Of a DNA stretch of 41,544 nucleotides, positions 16,087 through 27,244 are shown piece by piece; within the stretch, counting starts at the first letter, position 1, and every line of letters begins with the position of its first letter. The DNA is from Nemertoderma westbladi (Eukaryota; Animalia; Xenacoelomorpha), in assembly GCA_032718475.1 (NCBI GenBank), contig JAUCBJ010000909.1, positions 1 through 41,544 on the forward strand, in the 5' to 3' direction. Both the position numbers and the translations under genes were made by a program. Below the pieces are notes generated by a model. That model saw nothing but the letters and a program-made list of their open reading frames with translations, was not told the origin of the DNA and searched no databases.

Positions 16087-16225
16087 CTAGCTCACCCAGC
16101 AAGGAGGAGGGAGGTGAAACTATCTCTGCTTCAAATTTCATGCTATCACATTAGATTTGTAGAAAAATTTGGGGGTGGGGGGTGGGGGGGGGGGTCCAGG
16201 TACCTGAATAACGACACTATATTCC

Positions 16226-16264
16226 AGGACATGGTGTAGTACAGGTAGGAGACACGGATATAGT
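16226..16264 (+). repeat. Orphan degenerate copy (~1.5 units) of the 24-bp satellite
   Basis: CAGGACATGGTGTAGTACAGGTAGGAGACACGGATATAGT; the last 28 nt match the satellite consensus exactly. Confidence 0.9.
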
Positions 16265-16787
16265 CTATGTAAGACAGACAGACACCAGGGTGTTATCGCC
16301 TAGATCATCATGTATAGTGCGCTAAATAAATACAACAATTATTATTAGTTGGTTTAACACATCTTATGATGTTTTATCATTACTGGATAGACAGGAACGA
16401 AGGGAAGAACTTTCCCGTTCATTGTTCATTATTATTAATTAATCATATAAAATGATATTATACTAAAATGATAAGATTGCACTTCACAAGTAAAAGGTTG
16501 AACGAGTACCTGAATAAAATCGTGTAAAATATCGAGTAAATATACTGTAGTTATGTACAAGGCACGAAAAGAAACCAACACATGTCGAATATTTGTAATG
16601 TACAACAGATTATAATGTGAACTGTGTAGGCGGTAGTGGCTGGGTCAGTTCGCCGTGAAATGAGGAAAGTCGGGTTCGATTGAGAAGTAGTTTAAAATAG
16701 TATTGTGCTTTTGGCTGAATGTACGCCCCCAGGTACCATAGCACTCGTGTAGGAAGTTTGCATCCAGGATACTTTGACGGGATGGGG

Positions 16788-17635
16788 TCAAGTGCACCAG
16801 TCTAGATAGAATGCTCTTGGTAGAGTATGATGAAACAGTAAGGATGGTAGTTCCGGTAGGCTGTAGTGTGATCTAGCAGACTCGTAAAGGTGACCAAGGC
16901 CACTGTACTTGTTCCCACGAATGTAATTCCTGAGTAATGCTATTTTTTGGGAGCATGCGAGTTTCGGGTGCGGTATCTGCGCGATACGAAACAGCTTGCT
17001 GGTACATTCCCTGTATGCATCTAAAATTAAGGGCCTCAGACCCATAGCATTATAAAGCGTGTCGTTGCTGATGTAGCATCCCACGTGTAGAATACTCCTA
17101 AGGCTGACTCTATACGCCGTTTCGATGCGATCCAGTTTAGTTTCACTAAAGCTTCCAATCGAATACACGATCCGATATATGATTGCCGGAAGAGCCAGAG
17201 TTTTCCAGAGAAGTGCGACTATTTCCAACGAGAAATGGTGCGTTGTCCAGCCTTTACTATGGACTTTGATATTTGTTGATTGTTTGAATGATGTCCGAGA
17301 GGTGGGATGGTTCCTTGTTGATGGCAACTCCAAGATAGGTGATGTGTTTAGATTGGCTGTATATGACATTGTTGATGTGGAGGAAGTTTGGTATATTTTT
17401 GGATTTATGTTCATGGCATGCAATCCAGAATATCTTTTTGGGGTCAATTGAGAGATTGATTTTCATTAGCTCGTCGCATATGACATTAGCCAAGTGTTGT
17501 ATAGAAGCTGCGGATCCTCCCATCAGTAGTATGTCGTCAGCAAAAGAATAGCACCCCATGTTTGTGGTATGGACTTTGTGCCCCATTCCAATGGTATTCA
17601 TAATGGAGAATGCGTTCTTTGTAAAGAAGTTAAGG
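16788..17635 (-). mobile_element. Degenerate 5'-truncated non-LTR retrotransposon (LINE), reverse transcriptase C-terminal part, frameshifted
   Basis: ORF 17257-17601(-) has GCYSFADDILL (RT YADD-type motif), LSIDPKK and HITYLGV. Overlapping ORF 16788-17447(-) continues with LWKTLALPAIIY...LDRIETAYRVSLRSILHV...ISNDTLYNAMGL, typical of the post-RT region of LINE ORF2. The 3' boundary (toward ~16400) is uncertain. Confidence 0.8.
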
Positions 17636-17708
17636 ATACTGCTAGAGCTAATAGCTAGATACTGCTAGTGCTAATAGCTGAATACTGCTAGTCCTAATAG
17701 CTCGATAC
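17636..17708 (+). repeat. Three tandem copies of a 23-bp unit ATACTGCTAGWSCTAATAGCTNN
   Basis: Units start at 17636, 17659 and 17682, next to the 5' truncation point of the LINE fragment. Confidence 0.8.
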
Positions 17709-18780
17709 GCAGGTCGTTTGGGGCAGCGGCAGCCAAATTGACAGCAACTACTAACTATGTATTTGGTTAGTTTAAAAAATCGTAATTTGAAATAATTGAA
17801 AACAATAAGGGAAAGGAGCGGGTTACAGTGGCGGTGTTTAACCAAAACAATAAACAAAATTTATCTCAATGCGACCAATTTGTCATGAAGATCACGTTTT
17901 GCATTTGCAGACAATGTGCGTATGATCTGAAAAAAAATTAAGTTTAATTATTTATTTTCCCTATAATCACAAATTGTTTTTTCAAATATACTCGATATTT
18001 CTCAGTGTATTATAAGAAACATATATTTACTGATTATTGTTATTTACTTTACTGCAATTTTAACATACATCACGCAAATAAGATTATCACTTTTGATTAA
18101 AGTAATAACATTGTAAATCATTAATTTTCATCTTCATTTTCAGCAACATTAATACTGCAGGTCTTGAGTTAATTATGTTTTCAATAAGACTTTCTTCCGG
18201 TTTTTCTTCCATTCCATTATTCTAAGCTAAGCCCAGTCCCGATGTATTTACTGTAATTTGAAGATTAAAATACACGATTAATAAGACTACAGCACTACTT
18301 CTGTAAATAAACATAGTGCAGATGTAAGACTACCTATATATTATTTATACGAAGAGAAACATTAAGCAAATCCTTGAAATCTTGTGAAGTCCACGAGTAA
18401 AAAAATCTCAGCTTCTTTAGCAACCAAAAATGTATTTTTTTCACGGCAGGTCTGTGTTTTAGTTATGGTTCGAGGAAAAATTATTTATTGGACCATACTC
18501 TAGTATTAGGTGTACGTGTGGGTGTATACGTTGTTGTGTAGCGTTAATACTAATTAATATGATTGCTATTAAAGTAATTTATTGGATAAAATCATCTTTA
18601 ATATCTTACTTATCCACAGTTTGGGGACTCAATTCTATTCTATTCTTTTTAGTCTATTATTGTTGGTAGGCCTACAATGGGTAATGTAGGCCTTATATTG
18701 TAGTGCCTGTTATAATACAGTATAATATGTATCGCAGTGTCTATTATTTGCTTTATCAGTGTTTATTGTTTGTATTTCAG

Positions 18781-18870
18781 ATCCTGATGTTCCATGGTGC
18801 TAATCCAAGTCGCGCTGACCACAGGGGAAACTATCCACTGCATTTAGCTCTCCAGTCCAGGAACACCCAG
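18781..18870 (+). CDS. Internal coding exon (90 nt, phase 0/0) of an ankyrin-repeat protein gene
   Basis: Acceptor TTTATTGTTTGTATTTCAG ends at 18780; donor CAG|GTACGA at 18871. Translation ILMFHGANPSRADHRGNYPLHLALQSRNTQ fits the ankyrin consensus (LL..GA.vn..d..G.TPLHLA). Confidence 0.88.
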
Positions 18871-19790
18871 GTACGAAACACCAGAAACCCCTTTGGGTGG
18901 GTAAACAGTGACACCTAGTTACATAACACAAGATACCCCTTTGGGTGGGCAAATAGTAACACCCAGATACGAAACACCAGAAACCCCTTTGGGTGGGTAA
19001 ACAGTGACACCTAGTTACATAACACAAGATACCCCTTTGGGTGGGTAAATACAGTAGTAACACCCAGATACGAAATACCAGACACCCTTTTGGGTGGGTA
19101 AATAGTAACACCCAGGTACGAAACACCAGAAACCCCTATGGGTGGGTAAACAGTGACACCTATTTACATAACACAAGATACCCCTTTGGGTGGGCAAATA
19201 GTAACACCCAGATACGAAACACCAGAAACCCCTTTGGGTGGGTAAACAGTGACACCTAGTTGCACAACACAAGATATCCCTTTGGGTGGGCAAATAGTAA
19301 CACCCAGATACGAAACACCAGAAACCCCTTTGGGTGGGTAAACAGTGACACCTAGTTGCACAACACAAGATACCCCTTTGGGTGGGCAAATAGTAACACC
19401 CAGATACGAAACACCAGAAACCCCTTTGGGTGGGTAAACAGTGACACCTAGTTGCACAACACAAGATACCCCTTTGGGTGGCTAAATAGTAACACCCAGA
19501 TACAAAACACCAGACATCCCTTTGGGTGGGTAAACAGTGACACCAAGTTACAAAATACCAGACACCCGTTTGGGTGAATGCAGTAACACCCCGGTACGAA
19601 AACCAGACACCCCTTTGGGTGGGTAGACAGTAACACCCCGGTACGAAACACCAGACACCCCTTTGGGTGGGTAAACACATAGTAACACCCCGATACGAAA
19701 CACCAGACACCCCTTTGGGTGGGTAAACAAACAGTAATACCCCGATACGAAACACCAGACACCCCATTGTGCGGGTATGAACACCCAGCT
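18862..19790 (+). repeat. 48-bp minisatellite (~19 units), alternating A/B types (96-bp dimer) in the 5' two-thirds; overlaps the exon end and splice donor
   Basis: A = AACACCCAG(G/A)TACGAAACACCAGAAACCCCTTTGGGTGGGTAAACAGT; B = GACACCTAGTT(A/G)CA(T/C)AACACAAGATACCCCTTTGGGTGGGCAAATAGT. Unit starts at 18862, 18910 and 18958 give the 48-bp period. Confidence 0.95.
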
Positions 19791-20231
19791 TCGTCACCAG
19801 TCACCTAGGTATTTTTTGTAGGCACTAGTGTTCCATTGGGGAAATCGCAATCACTAATGATATAATGCAGACACCGACTGGCTGAGATCGTGATTCCAGA
19901 GTTTAAACATTACAGTGAAGTTGTTTGAGATCTTAGAATAATTTATTAACAAATACTTCCGTGTCCAGGTTATTATCCCAGATAATGTAAAATATAGTTG
20001 CTGTGATATTTAGGTTAACAGGGTATTAATTAATTAAACAACTACTAACGTTAAAGTTGTAGAGTTAAATAGAGAGATGAATAGAGTTAAATACCACATA
20101 TGTTCCCAATTAGTTATTTTCATTCTGACAAATAGCTAGAGAGATATGTTATTTTCTTCCCTATTATATAAATTTCTGCTTTTTATTGTCTTTGTGAAAT
20201 TAGTATGATAATTGCCCTGCAACTATTACAG

Positions 20232-20380
20232 ATTAATCCCGGTGTTGTCCGCTTGCTGCTCGGTAGCGGAGCCAGGGTCAATGTTCTCAATTCGGATTCC
20301 GTCACACCCCTATCTTTTCTCATATCCCGTAACTGTGACAGCGGGCTGCAGCATAACAACTTGGACGATGTTTTTCTCAG
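20232..20380 (+). CDS. Next coding exon of the ankyrin-repeat gene (149 nt, phase 0/2)
   Basis: Acceptor ...CAACTATTACAG ends at 20231. Translation INPGVVRLLLGSGARVNVLNSDSVTPLSFLISRNCDSGLQHNNLDDVFL continues the ankyrin repeat in phase (VVRLLL..GARVN....TPL). Donor CAG|GTGTGT at 20381; an alternative GTAAGA lies at 20385. Confidence 0.85.
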
Positions 20381-20507
20381 GTGTGTAAGAAAGTTATTAT
20401 TGTGAGATTTAAGCTAAATAGAGCTTAAACACTTACCAACCACAATTTATCTCGTAATATTAGTCGTCGTCCTTTATCCGTAAATGCTGTATTTTCCTGA
20501 GTGGCTC

Positions 20508-20539
20508 CATGACCTAACTATAAATTATAGTAGGTCATG
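20508..20539. mobile_element. 32-bp palindromic micro-insertion with a 7-bp near-perfect flanking direct repeat
   Basis: GTGGCTC|CATGACCTAACTATAAATTATAGTAGGTCATG|ATGGCTC. Confidence 0.5.
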
Positions 20540-23500
20540 ATGGCTCATTAAAAAGTTAAATTTCAGAATTAAGGAGGAATTCTAGGAGGAAATTTAAGGG
20601 TCAACCCACCCTACCCGAACTGTGTCAATATAAATTTCAGATTTCGTTTCAGCAGTATTCAAGTATTTTGTAGGAAAAAGTTTCTATATTCAGATATTGG
20701 ACTACATGCGTCGCTTATTTCATTGCCGGTGTCTAAATCAAATTAAGGCTTTCTAATGCACTTGTTTACAACCTTTGTGCATCTGTCAAATTACAAATAG
20801 GGTTTTGATTACAATAGATACCCAGAGGCTAGGTAAAGTAATTTCCTGATCAGCTCGCACCTTGTGCGAGAATTGAAGGAACATCCACATAGACAGCAAT
20901 ACGATTACAATCTCAAATTAAGGAATATATATCTTTGATGTGATGGGCATTATTCCTTTGATCTTATTGGTCAGCTAACACCTTTGCAACTGGCTGTGAA
21001 TTAATGGGTTTACACTTATTGATTGCCGTAACTTAAATGAGATTCAAAGCCAAACCAATTATATAACCACATATGAGGGCATAAAGGGCACTCGCACGGG
21101 CAAACTTAATTAATTTCCAAGGGAGAATGGACGCAAATAACGGCAAATTACGAACACTAATTGAACACATCTTAAAACTATTTTTTATTTAATTAAATAT
21201 CATGCCACTGTAATCTGTTCCTTTCCTAAATATTAAGTCTGAATATAGATGATTCGCCCATATGGGATTTGCATCAATACCCCCCCCCCCCCCCACCCCC
21301 CCTCCCGCCTGTCTGCATTAACACGGGACAACACAAGTAATATCAAAAAGATTACCATAATGAGATATGTTTTTTAATATATCCGTCATCATCTCTATAA
21401 ATTATCAAATAGCAACACTTCAATAATGTATAGCAGCCAGAAATGGAATAACTGCAGTAAATACGAATATAGAAAGAAAAAAACTACATTATCTACCGCC
21501 AGGTGCAGCACATCGTCTCTCATATTTCGACGTAATTGAATTATTTATTAGCAGCAAAATTAAAACTTAAATTCATCGAAATGGTTCATTATAATATATT
21601 TGCAAGATATGAAAAGCACCAATATTAGGGTAGTTTGGTGATAACATTTTGGTTGAAAATAACCACATCGTCCTTTTAATCTTTTTCTTGTCCGTTTTAC
21701 TTTTTTTTCTTTATCTGTTTTTCCCCTGTGTTTTATTTATCATTCGGTACATATATTTTTAGTAGCTAATGATTAAGGATCTCTTTTTTACTTTTTTGTA
21801 TAGTTTATGGTTGAATGTTGATTGGTATTTAAGTAATTTTGAGGTTTAGCAAATAAACTTATTGCCTAATTTATTTGAAGTCAGTTGAGACTAAGAGTTG
21901 AATTCCTTAAAAGGCGTTTGACTAACAATTGAGCGTTTTTTTTTAGTAAACTGTAAAACATCGCAATCAATGGGTGACCAAAACAACTGACCATTCTTAC
22001 TTCATCATTAAAAAACGCCAAATATTTCTAGCCGCAACTTGACTAGTTAAAGGTTGACCGATTGCCTTGATTCAACTAATAAACCGAATATACCGGCTAG
22101 ACAATAATTTAAAGCGAAGAAACAAATATTATCATGAAACTACCCTAAATGTTAGGGAAATAAGATAACGCGTGTCTATGTTTGTATGTATATGGTTGTA
22201 TGTGGTTATGGCATGTAAGAATATCCTACGATACATGAAGCTCATACTCGTTCAGTAACTTCGTGAGTTTTAATTTACCGTGGGAAACGTAAAGGTTTGT
22301 TTTCGTTCAAGATGTTTAAAACTCATTTATTCGTTTCAACATTTAAAATAATAATAATAATTATTATTATAAAGCTAATAAAATTAGAAATAATGTGGAA
22401 TTATAAAAAAAATTTATATATATAAAATACTCACTGCCTTGCGACATTAATTTATTTATCATCAATATTTATTTAAAATTTAGAAGTATTTAGACTCAAA
22501 TCATTAATACATAGAATCAAAGCTTATTTATTATTTTGTATTATTTTCTGACTCAAAATGGTCCCGAAAAACGTCGAAATGAAAACATACCTTTACACAA
22601 TTCAATGACGATATACATTTTAACAGATTGAGTTCTGAGTTCAATAACATTATTTTTTAGCAGTAGGTTAGTGATACTATACCCTGTAAATGCGCGAGGC
22701 CAGTAGCAGTAGCCTTATGTACACAATAATAAATGCAATACACCTGAATAAAAGGAGCCAATGAGTTTACTGGTTCGCATAGCATTGCGACTAACACAAA
22801 AACACTACTAATAAGCTAATAACGAGGGATGGCTGCTAATTTACTAGAGACGTGATTACATCACGTATTTGGCCCCTTAGCACAAAATCTCATTGTTATA
22901 TTTTCCAAGTTAACTGCAGAGTTATGCTGGTTTTAATATATTAAATGCCAGAGCCAGTAATTGAAAAGTAATGCAAAATTCAAATTAACAGAATACGGTC
23001 ATTGTGAGGTGGTAGAAATCACTAAGGGTACCGGTAAGCTTATAAAAGTAAAGCAAACTTAGAGTCACAGATGTATATATTTGAGAATTTTAACCAGCGT
23101 TGCCACAAAAAGGGTTTAGTCGAATGGGTACGGCATAACTAAATAGATTCAAGTCTAATACAATTAATTAAAGTATTAAGTATAACGGTAATCCAGACCA
23201 ATATAGATAGACAGGCAGATCTATCTGGATTACATTTATAGATAAATTCCGTAACTGATATAAGTCAAATGAAGAATTAATAATATTTACAGTATCGGTG
23301 AATGAATAGATGATATAAAATAAATACGATACCCGATGGAAAATTCCCCGAGTTCGTAACCACGGGACCTTTATGACATCTGGCATAAAACTACAGTTGC
23401 AGCTTCCTCCCATATGTACCATAATAACTGTGTGCTGGAAAAATATTATTAGTAGAGAAACCAATCGTTACTATGTGTGTCTCACACAATAATATTAATA

Positions 23501-23808
23501 AATACTCCATCCTAATTGTATATAAAATATTATGAAAAACGGACTATCCGCCAGTCCCGCTCACATAGAATTTACTTAATTATGAACAAATATTCGTTGA
23601 GATCTCAGTAAGTAACAGCCTTAACGATTACAATACGATAAGAATATAACTATTTAATAATATTAATTTTTTAATTATTTTAATTTAATAAAAACAAGAC
23701 AATATCAAACTATAATTCGACATTGGCGACATAATAATAGATAACGAGATCCGTTACTGTTACAGCAATCCTTATATACAGGGGGCGGGGGGTCTAGTTA
23801 CCGGTTCA

Positions 23809-24825
23809 CTACGCTTGTGACTGAGTTGGTGATGTTGTACGACTCTCCTCGGGTAGACTCACCATAAGGACTCCCCCGCCCTCAGTCTGGGCCCCCTCCC
23901 CCGCGGGGTACAGCACGCTGTACGAGGGTGGCTTCACATCCCCCCTTACCCCCGTCTGTCCCCCGGCTAACCTCGCCTTTGCGGCCTCCCGGCTGCGATA
24001 CTTTCTGTAGCAGTTGAAAGACATTTTAGCGAGGACTACAAATCCAATTATAATGAATATGGATACCATGACCCCAATGAGTATGTATAGCCAGCTGGTT
24101 GACCCCCCTTCTCTAACGTCGCATTCAGTATTCCCACTGTTTGCTAAGTTCCAGGTAACTCGTTTTCCTAATAAGTCCTTAATGGTACCGACAATGGCGA
24201 GTATTTCCTTCACGAATCCGCGCAGTTGAGTGTCGCGGTCTTCACTCTGGTTGAATTTGTAGGGTTCACGAATCCCAGCGAGCTGTCTGGAGTCGTCGTT
24301 CACTATAGAATGGAGAGTAGAGGTTCGATTCCCTGTCTCGACCACGAAGTAGCCTTCCAGCAGCTTACCTTCTTTGGTCAGGACACCGGCGGCCAGTAAG
24401 ACCATGGTCTTGTAACCGCAGTTCGTACAACTAAAGTCCCATTTTTCTCGGATAATTTTCGCGAAATCTACGATTTGTTCGCGGTTCTTTTTGTTTGCCT
24501 GCTCTTCGAATTCGTATTGATTACCGTTGGTGAACAGGACACTCAGTATAGGTACCGCTATGTGAACGTAATCTACCGGTTTCACACACGCCGACTGTCC
24601 ACACGGACAGTATGTATCGTGTGACAGCGACACCAATCGGTTGTCTACAAGCGTGCGGCTGTGCGGTTCTAGAACCTTCTTGGGGTCGCATATGAGACCG
24701 GGATTGTCGAGTCCACATTCCGAGGGCGCCTCCTGGGGACTGGGGTATTCCGAGGTCGCTAGAACCAGGTAGCTGATCATAATGAGTAAGTCGCTGGTCG
24801 TAAACAAGTAGAACAGTGTCGCCAT
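23809..24825 (-). CDS. Intronless 338-aa type I membrane protein, MOLO-1-like (modulator of levamisole receptor-1 / TPM-domain family), antisense within the ankyrin gene intron
   Basis: Long uninterrupted ORF that is GC-richer than its flanks. Hydrophobic N-terminus; YPSPQEAPSECG...GLICDPKKVL and FAKIIREKW...C...MVLL resemble the YPNP..C..ICDPD.lL and FA..l...W motifs I recall for the MOLO1 family; transmembrane segment WLYILIGVMVSIFIIIGFVVLA followed by basic residues; cytoplasmic PPSY motif. Confidence 0.82.
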   Translation of the reverse strand: MATLFYLFTTSDLLIMISYLVLATSEYPSPQEAPSECGLDNPGLICDPKKVLEPHSRTLVDNRLVSLSHDTYCPCGQSACVKPVDYVHIAVPILSVLFTNGNQYEFEEQANKKNREQIVDFAKIIREKWDFSCTNCGYKTMVLLAAGVLTKEGKLLEGYFVVETGNRTSTLHSIVNDDSRQLAGIREPYKFNQSEDRDTQLRGFVKEILAIVGTIKDLLGKRVTWNLANSGNTECDVREGGSTSWLYILIGVMVSIFIIIGFVVLAKMSFNCYRKYRSREAAKARLAGGQTGVRGDVKPPSYSVLYPAGEGAQTEGGGVLMVSLPEESRTTSPTQSQA

Positions 24826-25252
24826 AGTTCATAACATCAGCATAGAAAACAGGTTATTTTAAAGCACCCCACTACCGGTACCTCCAACGGGCAATAATGG
24901 TTAGGTCCCAGACAACCAGAATATGAGAATCATTACCGGAACTGGGATATCATCGTCAATTAGATTGAATCGGAAAATCATATGTATGTATGTGTATAGG
25001 CTAATATTGTGATATACCGGTACGAATGTATAAATTTAATGTTTATAGGGGTATAGCTGTGCTGTATACTGGTATAATACCAGTACCCGGTATACCTATC
25101 CGATATCAATGTATTAATAGTTCCTATACAATTCTGCAATTATGACCTGAAAAACATCATTATCACAGTATCATTTTCAATTACTTACATACATTTCCAG
25201 TAATTTACATAGGGCCTACCTAATTACCACAATGCAGTCCTGCCTGATGCAT

Positions 25253-26741
25253 TAGGGCACATAAACTGGCGGATTCTTCACGAATTTCGCAAACGTCGGA
25301 ATTGTTGGCATTACAAAACCTTGGGTACCGGCTGACCGGTACCGTGCGTACGGCGTACCCTATCCATAGACCAGAATTTTTATACTAGATAGGTTTTACA
25401 ATTATAATATAAATAATTAATAACGTAGGTATTACATAATAGCAAATGTTCTAGATCTGTAGATCTAGAACATAACAAAACTTTCTACAAGTACAACCAA
25501 TTAATATCATCGTTAGTTCAGGAAATTTAAAGGGAAAGGAGCAGGTTACAGTAACGAATTAATCTAACCAAAACAATAAATGAGAGTCAATCTGTCAATA
25601 GCACAGGTTACAATTTAGTTTTGTACTACCAAAACCACAAAACGTACCCTATGCATCATTGTTGAATGTTAAAACGTACCCTATATTCGGGTACGTTTTA
25701 ACCAGGCACCAGGCAGCCAGGGTACGTTTTCACTTCTGCACTTGTTCCCAGCTAGTTCTGTAGTTCTTGATACTGGGTTATCGTTCATATGCGTACCTCT
25801 GGCAAAAGAAGCAGGTTAAGTGGTGGTGTTTTCTAACCAAAACAATAAATTAATCTCCATTAAATTAACGGAAAGCAAAAACACCAAAAAAAACACCGAA
25901 AAAAACCAAAACAATAAACAATATCTCAATAACATAGGGTATTTCATACTTACAGTCTTATTTTTGCAATACGAAAATACCAGAGGTACGCATATGAACT
26001 ATAACTTGATACTGTGATAGGCCTACCCACTACCGGTACTTTTTTTAAATGTTCCAAAACATGTTAGCTATCAATTAAGGTCTGAAGGTTCTGGAACAAA
26101 TTTTTTTGTTCTAGAACATTTTGTTAAAATAAAAAATGTAGGCCTATATCTTCTCTTCTCTAGGCCTATACATCTTACTCTTACGTCTTATTGCTCTATA
26201 TTTTGTATAAAAAAAACCGCCGGTAGCTAGTAAATAATTACTAATTACCCTGCCTGCATACAGTAACAAGAATTACTAGGCCTGCCGGCACTGTTGGGGT
26301 GGAAGTGGAAGCTACAATGCAGCAATGACTCAATTATTCCAGACAAATTTAATTGAGGATTAAATTATAATTTAAATTGTTTTACTAGCTAATAAAAAGT
26401 AGGTAGGCCTACCCAAGTAGGCCCTACTACAGGACAGGTAGCTAACCCTAACACCAGAACAAAAAATCTATTATTACAGTATTCGTTACCGCCTACCGGC
26501 ATACCGGTACCATCTTACTGTCAGGTCAAATATTTGTTCTAGAACAAAAACCTCATATTACAGTATTAAGAGCCATTTTCACAATCAAAGATTGGACAAA
26601 TTTGCGGCGTTTGCGAAGTTTGTCAGTTTATGAGGCCAATATCTGAATATACGTTCTGATGGTATTACCGGTACGGTTCATAAAAAAAATATTCCTGACG
26701 TTATCGAAATTCGCGAAGAATCTGTCAGTTTCTGTGCCCTA
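25253..26741. mobile_element. Old non-autonomous DNA transposon, hAT-like termini (TAGGGC...GCCCTA), ~50-bp imperfect TIRs
   Basis: TAGGGCACATAAACTGGCGGATTCTTCACGAATTTCGCAAACGTCGGAAT (from 25253) versus ATTCCTGACGTTATCGAAATTCGCGAAGAATCTGTCAGTTTCTGTGCCCTA (ending 26741). No TSD recognisable. Confidence 0.6.
25776..26005. mobile_element. ~230-bp MITE with 9-bp TSD (Mutator-like geometry)
   Basis: TIR GTTATCGTTCATATGCGTACCTCTGG / CCAGAGGTACGCATATGAACTATAAC with a perfect 20-bp core; TTGATACTG duplicated at 25767-25775 and 26006-26014. Confidence 0.8.
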
Positions 26742-27244
26742 CTCCAGGTACTCTACTGCCAGACTATATAGGTATAGATAGATATATATATATATATATA
26801 GATATATAGGGTTGACTATTCAAATTCCGGACAAAATTTCATTTTTTTTTAATTTGGGACACTTTAAATTGCATTAATCCTTGATATTATGTTTGCAACT
26901 GTACAAGATGCTATTGTAGTTCACTATAAAACCAAATTGTTACCACTCAGTTCAACTGTTTAGTTGTAACTGGGTGGTTTTCATTTTATAAATTGACTGT
27001 CCGGAATTTGACTACCTGGTAAAATACCGGACATGTATATAATTCCGGACAATGCCTTTTATTAGATGTGAGAGTTGATGTGAGGGTTGATATTAGGGCT
27101 ATTTTAATAATTAAATTAAACTTTATTTCCATTAGTTTAGGTATCTGGCAGTCTGGGTGTATTACATACAGCCATTTTACTCCTGTACTCAGTTCTGAAG
27201 TTATGCAATGCTTTATGTTTTGCATACCCACCCCAGATAGGGGG

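Noticed and set aside
18800-19804. Cys-rich minus-strand ORFs (CLPTQRG repeats)
   Set aside because: Translations of the 48-bp minisatellite in several overlapping frames.
21280-21306. C-run (and G-run at ~16171-16194) as functional G-quadruplex elements
   Set aside because: Simple homopolymer-like tracts with no independent evidence of function; lengths are also error-prone.
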